Shown: in pieces, positions 1-10,158 of the stretch
Numbering within the stretch: the first letter of the stretch is position 1
Layout of the letters: the number at the start of each line of letters is the position of its first letter
From: an uncultured delta proteobacterium
Lineage (GTDB): Bacteria; Desulfobacterota; Binatia; UBA9968
Direction of reading: 5' to 3'
DNA length: 64,000 bases
NCBI GenBank assembly: GCA_963745035.1
Contig: CAVUVW010000014.1
Coordinates: forward strand, 576,001 to 640,000
Translations under genes and position numbers: made by a program
Notes under the pieces: generated by a model
What the model was told of the DNA's origin: nothing
Databases searched by the model: none
Seen by the model: the letters and a program-made list of their open reading frames with translations, nothing else

Positions 1-275
1 ACACGATGCCCTATTTCGTGGGCGGCGGGTTGAGTTACCAAGGCGCGATTCCCGGCCGCGACAACGACATCGCTTCGGCAGGGGTAATTTACGGGGCCTT
101 TAGCCGCTACCTTCCACGCACGACGGCCGAGACGGTAATCGAGGCAAATTACCAGATCAACTTAAAGCGCTGGCTCTCCATAACGCCGGATTTGCAGTAC
201 ATCATCAGACCGAGCGGAAGCAGCGCAATCGGCGACGCGTTGGTATTGGGCGCTCAAGTGGCGATTAGTTTTTAA
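1..275 (+). CDS. Carbohydrate porin (OprB family), C-terminal part; 5' end outside window
   Basis: E-x-x-Y...ITPDLQYIIRPSG...LG-x-x-x-x-x-x-F C-terminal OprB pattern ending in Phe. Confidence 0.8.
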   Translation, partial: TMPYFVGGGLSYQGAIPGRDNDIASAGVIYGAFSRYLPRTTAETVIEANYQINLKRWLSITPDLQYIIRPSGSSAIGDALVLGAQVAISF

Positions 276-578
276 CGCTGAGGTGAAGGCTCAAGACGCT
301 GATGGACAATTAGCAACAACACTTTCACAAAAGGTCGGCGAAAGTGTTTTTCGTTGCCGGTGACGATGGTGAGGTTGTATCGACGGGCGGTAGCCGCAAG
401 GTTTGTTCCGTGCTCATGACTTCCCGTTCAACTGCGGAATCCGGGTTGAAGATCTGATTTTCTCAAAAGGTAATGTGCTAGCGCAAGGTAAGAATCTAGA
501 TCTCTATGCGAGATCGCGCTGCCTCCTGCCGCAACGGACGAGCACGTGGCGCGCTGCCGAGGCCATCCAATTCTCGCG

Positions 579-1577
579 CTACGTCAGCGGCACCGGCTTC
601 GGCAGCCCTTGTCTGAGCTGTTGGGAGAAGGCGGGATCTTTGTCGAAGGCGTGCGCGCGTTCGTTCACGCGGGAGAGCTTTTCCAAGTCGGCAAACGGTT
701 TCGCCGTATCGATGCGGCCGAGTTGGTAGAGATAATCAGGTACATAGCCGCTCAGCAAAACTTTCCACGACATCGGCGGCGACTCGGGATTTACTCGCGT
801 GTGCGTGAGAATGGTCGTCGTGCAGTTGGTCGTCAGTGTATTGTAAAAGCGCGGGTGCTCGCACAGGTCGTTCATCGCCCGAATGTAATCGAGAAAGCTC
901 CGCCGGATGTTTCTCTGCGGCGTGCGCGTGCGGTAGACGTAAACATCTTCCTGTGGCTGACGATAAGTCGTGCGGACACCGATCACGTCTCGCTCGTCGG
1001 CCACGACGTAGTAAAGCTCGTATCGGCGAAAAAAACCCGCCAGAGTCGAATAACTTTCGCCCTTTTCCTTACGTGTCTCGATCGACACCGCCAAGTAATC
1101 CTGGTCTTGGAACCCGAAGCTGACCATGATGTGAGCGGTTGCTTTGCCTGCCCAGTAGACGGCGATGATATCGACGGAATCGAGTTTGCGAAGATCGTAG
1201 GTGCGCTCTTCCCAGCGCGGCGTAAAGTCGCTCTCGCTCCGGTAGTCGAAGTTTCTCACGCCGCGGATCGTGACCAGATCACCGTTGACGGTTGCGTGCG
1301 GTGTGACCGAGACTTCAGGTTGCCAGTCGCGATCGTTAGAGGCGGGTATGCGGCGGAACAAGATCACCAACACAGCGAAGATAGCGAGTGCGGCAATGGC
1401 CGTTCTGGCCGGGCTCGGCAGCAGTGCAAAGGCGACAATAGTCGCCGTGCCGTAGGTCGCGGCGGCAAAAGTGCGCCACCGCGCCGGCAACAGCGGCGAA
1501 AAATACAATGCGCCGACTCCCCACAGCGTGATCGCCGTTATCGTGATCCCAAGTAAAATGTTAATGAAAACTCTCAC
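579..1577 (-). CDS. DUF4105 / Lnb-N-terminal-like membrane protein
   Basis: 3 N-terminal TM segments; SNDRDWQPEV, VRNFDYRSE, AHIMVSFGF and FYNTLTTNCTT motifs typical of this family. Confidence 0.75.
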   Translation of the reverse strand: MRVFINILLGITITAITLWGVGALYFSPLLPARWRTFAAATYGTATIVAFALLPSPARTAIAALAIFAVLVILFRRIPASNDRDWQPEVSVTPHATVNGDLVTIRGVRNFDYRSESDFTPRWEERTYDLRKLDSVDIIAVYWAGKATAHIMVSFGFQDQDYLAVSIETRKEKGESYSTLAGFFRRYELYYVVADERDVIGVRTTYRQPQEDVYVYRTRTPQRNIRRSFLDYIRAMNDLCEHPRFYNTLTTNCTTTILTHTRVNPESPPMSWKVLLSGYVPDYLYQLGRIDTAKPFADLEKLSRVNERAHAFDKDPAFSQQLRQGLPKPVPLT

Positions 1578-1667
1578 GCAAGCCTAACTCTATGCTTCGA
1601 GTGAATCAGGCAAATCTTTAGTCTTCTCATCGCGGCGGGTCGGCCGTGAAGCGGCCGGGCATCTTTG

Positions 1668-3552
1668 TTATGCGATTTCCAATGGGGAAACTGTCTTGAC
1701 TGTTGGCGACATCACTGAGGGAGTCTTAAAAAGCACCGGATCGAGCCGGGCCAGCAGTTTGTGGATTTTGGGGATCTGAACGAGCGCGGCCCGTTCGCCG
1801 ACCGTAAAAAGTTCCCTTGCGCGCATGAACTCCGACAGGTCGAAATCGATAACTTCGGGCTCGATCACGATCTCCGCCGGTCGCACGCCAATGGCGTTGA
1901 GGCTGAAATTCTGCACTTCTAGGGTGCGCAGCAGCGTCTGCAGGTTTGACGGAATTCGCATGCCGAACGTGGGCGTATCCGGCTTATTGGCGCCAAACTG
2001 CCTTGCGATTTCGGCCGTAACGCTGACGGCGATCACGAAGTTGCACCCCTGAGCGATAAGCACGTCGGCGGGAATATTATTCACCAACCCGCCATCGATC
2101 AGGGCCTGTCCGTTGCGGCAGATGGGGGCCGCAAGCATAGGCAAGTTGATGCTTTCGAGGATCGCATGCGCGGCGTCTCCCTGATCGCGGACCACCGCTT
2201 GCCCACTCACCAGATCGGCGGTAATCGTGAGACACGGTACCGCCAGTTGCTCCAACTTCCAGTCGTGCAGGTATTTTCGCAGCATCGGATCGAACTGGCC
2301 GCGGCGATATTTGTAGAGAAGGTACCAGTAGCCGCCGCTGGGAAGCTGGCCGAAGATCCACGGGGGGGTCAGATCGGCGGCGAACCGGCTGGCTAGATAT
2401 TCGCAATCCAGGCCTGCGGAATACATGACCCCGGTCATCGCCCCCGCGCTCGTGCCGGCGACCACATCGACGACGATGCCATTCTGATCGAGGGCGTCGA
2501 GCACACCCAGATGCGCCATGCCGCGGGCAGCCCCACCGCCTAGGGCCACGCCGATCCTGATGCCCCGCAGGTAATGGACCAGGCGCTCCATGCTGTTGGA
2601 ATGCGCCTTTCCCCAGGGATGCGGAAGCGGGGATGCGCAGATTTTGAATTCCCGGCTCGCGAAGTTGCGCAGTTCCGGTACCGCGGGCACCACGCCACTG
2701 CCCTCGTCCAGCTCCCACACGATGGCGATCTTGTCGCGCCAGCCTTGTGACGCCAAGTTCAACGCGCGCAATCGCTCTATGGCTGAGTCGATCTCATGCG
2801 GCCGAATAAACACCAGGGCGCAATCGGCTGGCCGCAAGAGCACGGCCCAGTCCAAATTTTGAGCAGCAGTAATATCGACGACGATGCGTTTGGCGTGATT
2901 CCACTCAGCAATCTGGTCGGCGCATCTCTGCCACCTCGATGAGCCGGTTGTCCTTCAACAGTGAACGGAACCCCACATCGGGCATCGACCGCCAAGAGTC
3001 GGCGTCGCTGAGAACGCAGATGGCTTCGCCCAACTCTTGCAGCCGCCCAATGATCTTTTGGGCGAGGTTGCGGGTCGCCGGGGATTGGTGGAGCATTGCG
3101 ATCACCTTCGGCGACTGCCCGGCGGTAGGCTCCAGAAAGCGCCGCCGCAGGCTGCGGGCGTAACTCTGCAACCATTGCCGGCGCAGGTCGGGGTGCAGGA
3201 GCACCAACTCCATCGACTTTTCATGATCCAAACGCAGGATCGTCGAAGGCTCCAGCGCGAAAATTCGGACGGGGATGGATTCGCCAAGGCCGCCCAGTAT
3301 CATGCCGTACTGCTCGCCGCGCTCGAACATCTGAAAGAGATGCTCATCGCCGCGCGAGTCCACACGCACGCTCTTCAGCCGACCCCGGAGTATAAAGCAG
3401 ATTGAGCTGAGGGGATCGTTAAGCTGGTGGACGACCGCAGCAGTGTCGTAGTTAGTGATCGTCCCAAACCGGGCGATTTCCCCGAGTGCAGTGTCGCTGA
3501 CGCCGCGAAAGTATTCATGTGCCTTGAGGAGGTCAATTACGTCGTTGTCCAT
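1668..3552 (-). CDS. cNMP-binding domain + patatin-like phospholipase (NTE/RssA-like), split by frameshifts near 2860-2910
   Basis: ORF 2905-3552 has a cNMP-binding fold pattern; ORF 1668-2855 has patatin motifs GGGAARG, GTSAG and DGG. Confidence 0.8.
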
Positions 3553-3747
3553 AGCACTCCTTTTGATGTCCTACGAATGGCCGCGGCCGCGACGGTCTTC
3601 ACCGGTTGACTGCGATGGCCGAGCCGGGCGTGCCTCCTTCCAACACCTTGGTCAAAGCTTGGGAGAGGAATAATTCTTTCGCGAAAACTACCTCCGTGAA
3701 TCCTCGTGGCTTGACTGCTTCTAGTAGTAAACAACGGCTTTCGTGCC

Positions 3748-3767
3748 TATTGGACCAAAGACCAATA
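3748..3767 (-). promoter_or_regulatory. Palindromic operator box 1 (TATTGGTCTTTGGTCCAATA on - strand), upstream of cNMP-patatin gene
   Basis: 15/16 match to TATTGGAC-N4-GTCCAATA; on - strand TACTAG starts at 3726, 22 nt past the box. Confidence 0.75.
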
Positions 3768-3948
3768 TCCAGGGCATGACACAGGGAACGCACCCAGTAT
3801 ACTGCCGAAGTCACGGCTGGCCAATTAAGAAGATGAGCCGCCCGCGCTAGTACGCAAATAGCCGGCGACTTCTGGACGTGCCCGTCTGTGAGCAGCGAAT
3901 GGCCGGAATTTCTCGAACAATCTTTGCTTAGATGCAGCGAGCCCGCCG

Positions 3949-3968
3949 TATTGCACCAAAGTCCAATA
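3949..3968 (+). promoter_or_regulatory. Operator box 2 (TATTGCACCAAAGTCCAATA), upstream of porin-carbonic anhydrase-mscS
   Basis: 15/16 match; TAGAAA starts at 3990. Confidence 0.8.
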
Positions 3969-4103
3969 TACAGATTTGCTGCTATTGGCTAGAAAGGACG
4001 GTATTACGCGAACTCAGACATAATTCATAATTGACGGCGATGTATCACCGAAATTTGCATGTTATCGAGCATTTTTAGGGTGACTTTAGTTAAGATAAAC
4101 ACA

Positions 4104-5460
4104 ATGAGCGGAACGGTTTTACTGTTTTGCATCGCCTTTTACCGCGCAGCTCTGGGCGGGCGAAGCGGCATTGTCGGCGCCATATTCCGGTAATCTTCTG
4201 ACCCGCACCACGCTCAGCGGCGATTGGGGTGGATTGCGCAACGAGTTGGCCGCCAAAGGCGTGACGATCGACATGAGCCTGACTCAGTCCGCGCAAGGCA
4301 TCGTTCACGGAGGCAAAGACACCGGCTGGCAGTACAGCGGCGGGCGCGGCGACATCATCCTCAACCTGGACACGCAGAAACTCGGCCTCTGGCCTGGCGG
4401 CTTTTTTAACCTCGAAGCGGAAGGCAATTTCATCCCCGCAGATAATTTACGCAAGTCTATCAACGGCAGAACCGGCGCGCTGATGTACGTCAACAACAGC
4501 CAAATATATCCGACAACCGCGGGCGACAACTTCAACTTGCCCGCATTAAACTTTACTCAAAATCTTTCACCGTACTTTGGTTTGACGATCGGCAAGTATG
4601 CCACAATCACCTCCAGCTCTGGAGATATGAACGAGTTTGCCCATGGCAAGGGCGACACGCAATTCATGAATATGGCATTCAACGTGAATCCGGTTACCGC
4701 CTTGACCGTGCCCTATTCCACCTTGGGAACCGGGGTGATCGCGTGGCCGACGAAAGATCCTAAGCAGGCGATATTGAGTTTTTATTTAATGTCATCGACC
4801 GGCAAAGCCAGCACCAGCGGCTTCGATGACTTGAACGACGACAATTTGACCTTTGCCGGCGAGGGGCAAATGAGAACGGACTTTTTCGGTTTGACCGGAC
4901 ATCAGCTTTTCGGCACGATTTTCTCGAACAGGGAATTTTCGTCGATCGACCAGAACGCGCGCTTCATCTTCGAGAACGGAGCTCTCGAAGGCAAGAAAGG
5001 CTCGTGGAACGTTTATTATAACTTCGACCAGTACGTCTACGAGCCTAAGAAAGGATCCGGAGAAGGCATCGGAATTTTTGGCCGCTTCGGCGCATCGGAC
5101 GGCAATCCCAACTTCATGCATTTTTTCTACAGCTTGGGGATCGGCGGCAAAGGGGTGATTGCCAACCGCGAACGCGACCAGTACGGCTTTGGTTTTTACT
5201 ACATCGACGTCAAAAATCCGGAACTTCGAGGTTTGTTTCGGAGCATCAAGTTACTGCGCGACGAGTACGGCTTCGAGGCTTTCTATAATATCGCCATCAC
5301 GCCGTGGCTGATGCTGACTCCTGACATTCAAGTTGTCCGAGGCGCGCAGAAGGAGCAAGTCACAATCGGACGCAGCCTCCCGGGAGTACCGTTCATCGCC
5401 AGCCGGAAAAGCATTGGCACCGCGACGGTTCTCGGACTGCGCATGCAGATGGTGTTCTGA
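4104..5460 (+). CDS. Carbohydrate porin (OprB family); signal peptide joined by +1 frameshift in T-run ~4137
   Basis: TLSGDWGGLRNELAAKG N-terminal motif, EAFYN...LTPDIQ, terminal Phe; ATG 4104 gives a signal-like MSGTVLLFCIAF. Confidence 0.8.
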
Positions 5461-5520
5461 AAAGGAAAGAGGTCGACGAACGAAAGAGAATAGACAACCA
5501 ACAAAAAGGACCAACTCAGA

Positions 5521-6258
5521 ATGACACGACTGAAAATTGCACTCGGGTTCATCCTGCCGCTTGCCATCGGCTCGACAAGTTCGGTGCTGGCGCAACATTG
5601 GAGCTATGAGGGCGACTCCGGACCGCAGAACTGGGGCAAGCTGGATGCGAAGTTTGCCGTTTGCGCCAGCGGCAAGAACCAGTCGCCCCTCGACCTCAGA
5701 AACTTTGTCGAGGCCGATTTGAAGCTGCTCAAGCTCGACTACAAGGCAGGTGCCGCGGACATCGTAAATACCGGCCACACGGTGCAGATCAATTACGCCC
5801 CCGGAAGCGCTCTCTCCGTCGACGGCATCAGTTTCGAGTTAAAACAATTCCACTTTCATTCACCCAGTGAAAACAAGATCAATGGCAAGCAGTTTCCGCT
5901 CGAGGGCCACCTGGTGCACGCCGATAAAGAGGGCGATCTCGCGGTTGTAGCGGTTATGATCGAGGAAGGTGCGGCCAATCCTCTGCTCACCAAGCTCTGG
6001 GAGAAGATACCGAAAAAGGGTGAAAAAGGGCCGGTCCCCGGCGGATTGAGCGTAACGCAACTGCTGCCGAAGGGTCGGGATTATTACCGCTTCGACGGCT
6101 CGCTCACGACGCCGCCGTGCAGCGAAGGCGTGCGCTGGTTCGTCATGAAGCGCCCCTCCACCGCTTCGAAGGCGCAGATCGAGCAGTTTTCCAAAACTCT
6201 GGGCTTTGCGAATAACCGCCCCGTGCAGCCGGCCAACGCGCGCGTCGTTCTGCGATAG
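5521..6258 (+). CDS. cah: Secreted alpha-class carbonic anhydrase
   Basis: Signal peptide, HWSY, QSP, QFHFH (Zn His), EGHLVH, GSLTTPPCSEGV, NNRPVQ. Confidence 0.95.
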   Translation: MTRLKIALGFILPLAIGSTSSVLAQHWSYEGDSGPQNWGKLDAKFAVCASGKNQSPLDLRNFVEADLKLLKLDYKAGAADIVNTGHTVQINYAPGSALSVDGISFELKQFHFHSPSENKINGKQFPLEGHLVHADKEGDLAVVAVMIEEGAANPLLTKLWEKIPKKGEKGPVPGGLSVTQLLPKGRDYYRFDGSLTTPPCSEGVRWFVMKRPSTASKAQIEQFSKTLGFANNRPVQPANARVVLR

Positions 6259-6611
6259 CGCGGCTACGGGAGAATTTGCATGCAGTGTTCGGCCGCAAAT
6301 TTCGAGTCGGGGGGCATGGTAGGATTTCGCCGACGCTGTGCAGGTCCGAAGCGATCTCGCGGCCGCGGTTTACCATCCGGTGCATGGCTGAGGGTCTTGT
6401 CCTTTCCTTTGTTGCAGTGTGAAATCCGTTTGTTGCGCGACGGGTGGATCGGATGAACGCGAAGATCTATCGAGAATTTCTCCACGAGGACAGAAAGGTG
6501 GCCTTTCCGAGAGCTGATAGCCGTTCGCTAGCAGACACCATTGCAAGCTCTAAGACTGCCAAACAACTTAAGATGAGTAGAAGCGCTGCTCGGCAACGCG
6601 GCGTGAACAGA

Positions 6612-8261
6612 ATGATGATTCTAAGGATCATGCGGCAGATGTTGTTGGCAAGCGGTTGGGCGTTGGTGTGGATCATGGTGAGCTTTGCGCCGCCGGCGTT
6701 CGCCGCGGAGGGAACTCAGGCTTCGGGTTTAGATGCGGAGCTGCCGTCCGCGCCCGTCGAGGTCGATGGCTATGTACTTTTTCGTGTGCGCGGCGCGTCG
6801 TTTTTTCCGGCGGAAAAACGCGCCGCGGCCATTGCAGAACGGATCGAGGCCTTCGCCGCTGACCCGAGCGTACGTGCCGACGCCGTCATTCCCGTCGAAA
6901 TTGAAAACGGCATTGCGATCATGGCGGGAAGTCAACGCTTGATGGTGGTGGTGGAAGAGGATGCCAAGCTGGAGTCCGTTGACCGCACGGTGCTGGCAAA
7001 GGGTATCGCGCGCAGCATAAGTCAGGCTGTTGCGCGGCATCGATACGCGCGCAGCCAGGAAGCGCTGATTCATAGTCTCCTGCTTGCCGCCGGCGCTACC
7101 CTGGTCTTCGCGGCGTTCATCGCACTCGTCCTATGGCTGTCAAGGCGATTGCACGCGGGCTTGGAGCGACGCTACCACAAACGCGTTCACTCGGTGGGCA
7201 TCCAGTCTTTTCAGATCGTCCGCGCCGAACAGATCTGGGGCACGCTCAAAAGATTCATCAATGGAACACGCCTGGCGGTTATCTTGGTGATGGGTTTTCT
7301 CTATCTGCAATACGTGCTCGCCTCCTTTCCCTGGACGCGAGGAGCTGCGAATCGATTGCTCACTTACGTCCTCGGTCCGATTGGCACGATGGGGCGGGGC
7401 ATTGCAAACGAGATCCCGGATATCATCTTCCTGGTCATCTTGTTTTTCGTCACGCGCTACGTGCTCAAATTGCTGCATCTCTTCTTCGCCGCGGTCGGGC
7501 GCGGCGAAGTCTCGTTTGCCGGTTTCGACCGTGACTGGGCCGATCCGACGTACAAGCTCCTGCGATTGGGGATCGTTATTTTCTCGGTGGTCGTCGCCTA
7601 TCCTTATATCCCCGGCTCAGGCTCGGAGGCGTTCAAAGGAATCTCCATCTTCGTCGGCATCGTTTTCTCGTTAGGCGCGTCCTCCGCCGTTGCAAATATG
7701 ATCGCCGGTTACATGCTGACCTACCGGCGCGTTTTCAGAGTCGGTGATCGCGTCAAAATCAACGACATCATGGGTGACGTCATTGAGACCCGGCTTCAGG
7801 TGACGCATCTGAGGACCGTCAAGAACGAGGAGGTGATTGTTCCCAATTCCACCATCCTCAGTAATGAAGTGGTGAACTACAGCTCGCTGGCGCGCAGAGG
7901 AGGGCTGATCCTGCACACCAACGTCGGTATCGGTTACGAAACGGCGTGGCGCCAAGTCGAGGCGATGCTCCTGATGGCCGCTGAGCGCACTCGCGGCTTG
8001 ATGAAAGATGCTCAGCCCTTCGTTCGTCACCAGGCGCTCAACGACTTTGCGGTGAACTACGAGATCAACGTTTACTGCGATGACGCCCAAAAGATGGGAG
8101 AGATTTACACCGATTTGCACCGGAATATCCTCGACGTGTTCAACGAATACGGCGTGCAGATCATGACTCCGGCCTATGAGGGTGATCCGCAAGAGCCAAA
8201 GGTCGTGCCAAAGGAGCAGTGGTTTAGCGCGCCGGCGAAAGTCGGTGCCGAATCAAAGTAG
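6612..8261 (+). CDS. Mechanosensitive channel, MscS family, with periplasmic N-domain (start approximate)
   Basis: TM segments followed by FRVGDRVKI, VIVPNS and IGYE MscS motifs. Confidence 0.9.
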   Translation: MMILRIMRQMLLASGWALVWIMVSFAPPAFAAEGTQASGLDAELPSAPVEVDGYVLFRVRGASFFPAEKRAAAIAERIEAFAADPSVRADAVIPVEIENGIAIMAGSQRLMVVVEEDAKLESVDRTVLAKGIARSISQAVARHRYARSQEALIHSLLLAAGATLVFAAFIALVLWLSRRLHAGLERRYHKRVHSVGIQSFQIVRAEQIWGTLKRFINGTRLAVILVMGFLYLQYVLASFPWTRGAANRLLTYVLGPIGTMGRGIANEIPDIIFLVILFFVTRYVLKLLHLFFAAVGRGEVSFAGFDRDWADPTYKLLRLGIVIFSVVVAYPYIPGSGSEAFKGISIFVGIVFSLGASSAVANMIAGYMLTYRRVFRVGDRVKINDIMGDVIETRLQVTHLRTVKNEEVIVPNSTILSNEVVNYSSLARRGGLILHTNVGIGYETAWRQVEAMLLMAAERTRGLMKDAQPFVRHQALNDFAVNYEINVYCDDAQKMGEIYTDLHRNILDVFNEYGVQIMTPAYEGDPQEPKVVPKEQWFSAPAKVGAESK

Positions 8262-8371
8262 AACAGGAACACCGAACGATCTGACCCCCTCTATTTCAGC
8301 ATTCGAACCGTAGCGCTCAACGCAACGAAAAATCTGTTTGAGCTGCACATTCCAATCTTCTGTCCGTTTCT

Positions 8372-8391
8372 TATTGGACCAAAGTCCAATA
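8372..8391 (+). promoter_or_regulatory. Operator box 3 (TATTGGACCAAAGTCCAATA, perfect), upstream of lipoprotein cluster
   Basis: Perfect 8-4-8 palindrome; TTCGC then TAGATT starting at 8413. Confidence 0.85.
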
Positions 8392-8894
8392 TACGCGCTT
8401 GATCGGGTTCGCTAGATTTCAAATATCGACGCTATCGGTATCTCGAGCCTTACTCGGGATCGCTTCTTGGACGAGGAAGCGAAATCTACGTGCAACATCA
8501 TCCGAGCAAAAGTCATCAGGAAAAGCCGGGCGAATTTTATGATGACGTTGCACGGATTTGGATGATTGCGCTGCCGGCGTATGCTTCCGCGGTTAGATCC
8601 ACTGCACGGTTCGCCGAAGCCCTGCAAGTTCGCGGTTCGTTGGAATTGGCGGTGGTCTCCGAACGAGACTTCGAGCCACGCAGCAGCGGCAGTTGCGCGT
8701 CGCGCATCTACGGCAAAGCTTCCAGCAATCTGCCCTGGACGATTTTGTCGCGGGCACGATACGACCAGGAATGGCACGATCGAACAGGTGCTATTCGACA
8801 GCATGAGCCGCGATGACGCGACCGAAATCGCCACCGTGAGCTATGCCAGTATGCATCATCAACCATGGTCGCCATTCGTCGAGGAGATCATCTC

Positions 8895-9636
8895 ATGAAG
8901 ACAACCACCCTGCGATGTTTGGGAGTCTTGGCGTTTTGTTTTTTCGCTGGCATGCGGCCAGACCGGAGTTCGCGAAGCCAAACGGATTCCGCAAACCGAT
9001 CTGCCGCGACCCGGCCGGATCCTCGTCTATGACTTCGCGGTGAGCGAGCAGGAAGTCAAAGGATATCAGGAAATCATGCGGCAACAGCCGGCGATCAAAG
9101 ATGTCGCCGAGCGTGAACGCCTGGTTGCGCAAGAAGTCAAGGATGCGCTGGCGGAGGAGTTGGTCGATGCATTAAAGCCGCTCGGATTCATCGTCGAGCG
9201 GGTGCCGCGCGGTACTCGCGTTAGCGATCACGATCTATTGATCGTCGGCCAGTTCATGACCGTCGAAGAAGGCAATCCGTCAAAGCCGTTTACGGTGGGC
9301 TTCGGCAGCGGCGCTTCGGGTGTCGGGACGGAAGTGCAGGTATATCAGGCGCCGCAATCGCGCAGAGTGCTGCAATTGATGACGCAATCGGACAGCGGCA
9401 AGCTGCCCGGCGCGGCGCCTCTGCTGGGCGCGGGGGCGGTAGCGCAGGGAGGAGTCAGCGCCGGAATGGCCGTGCCCAAGGCCACCGTTTCCGGCGTGAA
9501 AACATATCAATCGGTTGTCGCCCGGATGGCTGCAGCAAGCGGCAATCAGGTGGCACGTTACCTATCCGAGTTTTTTGCCAAGCAAGGATGGATCAGATCG
9601 GATCAGGTGCGAAAAGCGACGGTGATCACTGAATAG
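8895..9636 (+). CDS. DUF4410-like lipoprotein; +1 frameshift in T-run ~8940
   Basis: GAGGAG RBS; MKTTTLRCLGVLAF... joins LACGQTG...LPRPGRILVYDFAV and ORF 9040-9636 (VGFGSG, SGKLPGAA). Confidence 0.65.
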
Positions 9637-9722
9637 TTTAGCACGGCAGATGACGACAAGTTCCGCACGCAGGGAAGGATGGCGCCAGAGAAAAACCAAG
9701 AATTCGCTGGCCGAGGAGTCAG

Positions 9723-10115
9723 ATGACAATGGTTCAAGCACTGATGAAAATAGCACTGGCTAGAGCAATGCAACCGACTGCTCGCCGATGGCTCGGTATT
9801 ATTATCGTCGCAACGATCGCGTTTACCGGGTGCGTTGTCTACGAGCCGGTGCCTGTGCCGGCCCCGAGCACATTCGATCGTTCCTGGAACGCCGCCCTCG
9901 CCGCGGCACAGGACGAGGGCGTGCGGATTACTTCCGAGAATCGAGGCAGCGGAGTGATCCTGGGTTCTCGTAACGAGCAGGAGGTCACGATCAGCGTTCA
10001 GTCCCAGGCCGATGGCGGTGCGCGCGTGGAAATCAGTGCGCGCGGGCCGAAGGGCGCCGACACCGGCTTGGCTAATCGAATTTCCCGCGCCTACGACCGG
10101 CGCATGGGGAGATAA
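9723..10115 (+). CDS. Small hypothetical lipoprotein
   Basis: Hydrophobic segment with FTGC lipobox; true start may be the later Met (MQPT). Confidence 0.65.
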   Translation: MTMVQALMKIALARAMQPTARRWLGIIIVATIAFTGCVVYEPVPVPAPSTFDRSWNAALAAAQDEGVRITSENRGSGVILGSRNEQEVTISVQSQADGGARVEISARGPKGADTGLANRISRAYDRRMGR

Positions 10116-10158
10116 CACGCAGTTCGGATGGTCGCTCACGAATCTAAGGAGTACTCAT

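Noticed and set aside
546-1556. Long overlapping or antisense ORFs (e.g. 546-1556 +, 10195-11184 -, 27316-28473 -, 41688-42584 -)
   Set aside because: Shadows of real genes in high-GC DNA, with no motifs or RBS support.
1668-3552. Patatin as CBASS CapV anti-phage effector
   Set aside because: Architecture is cNMP + NTE/RssA-type patatin, and no CD-NTase or other defence gene is nearby.
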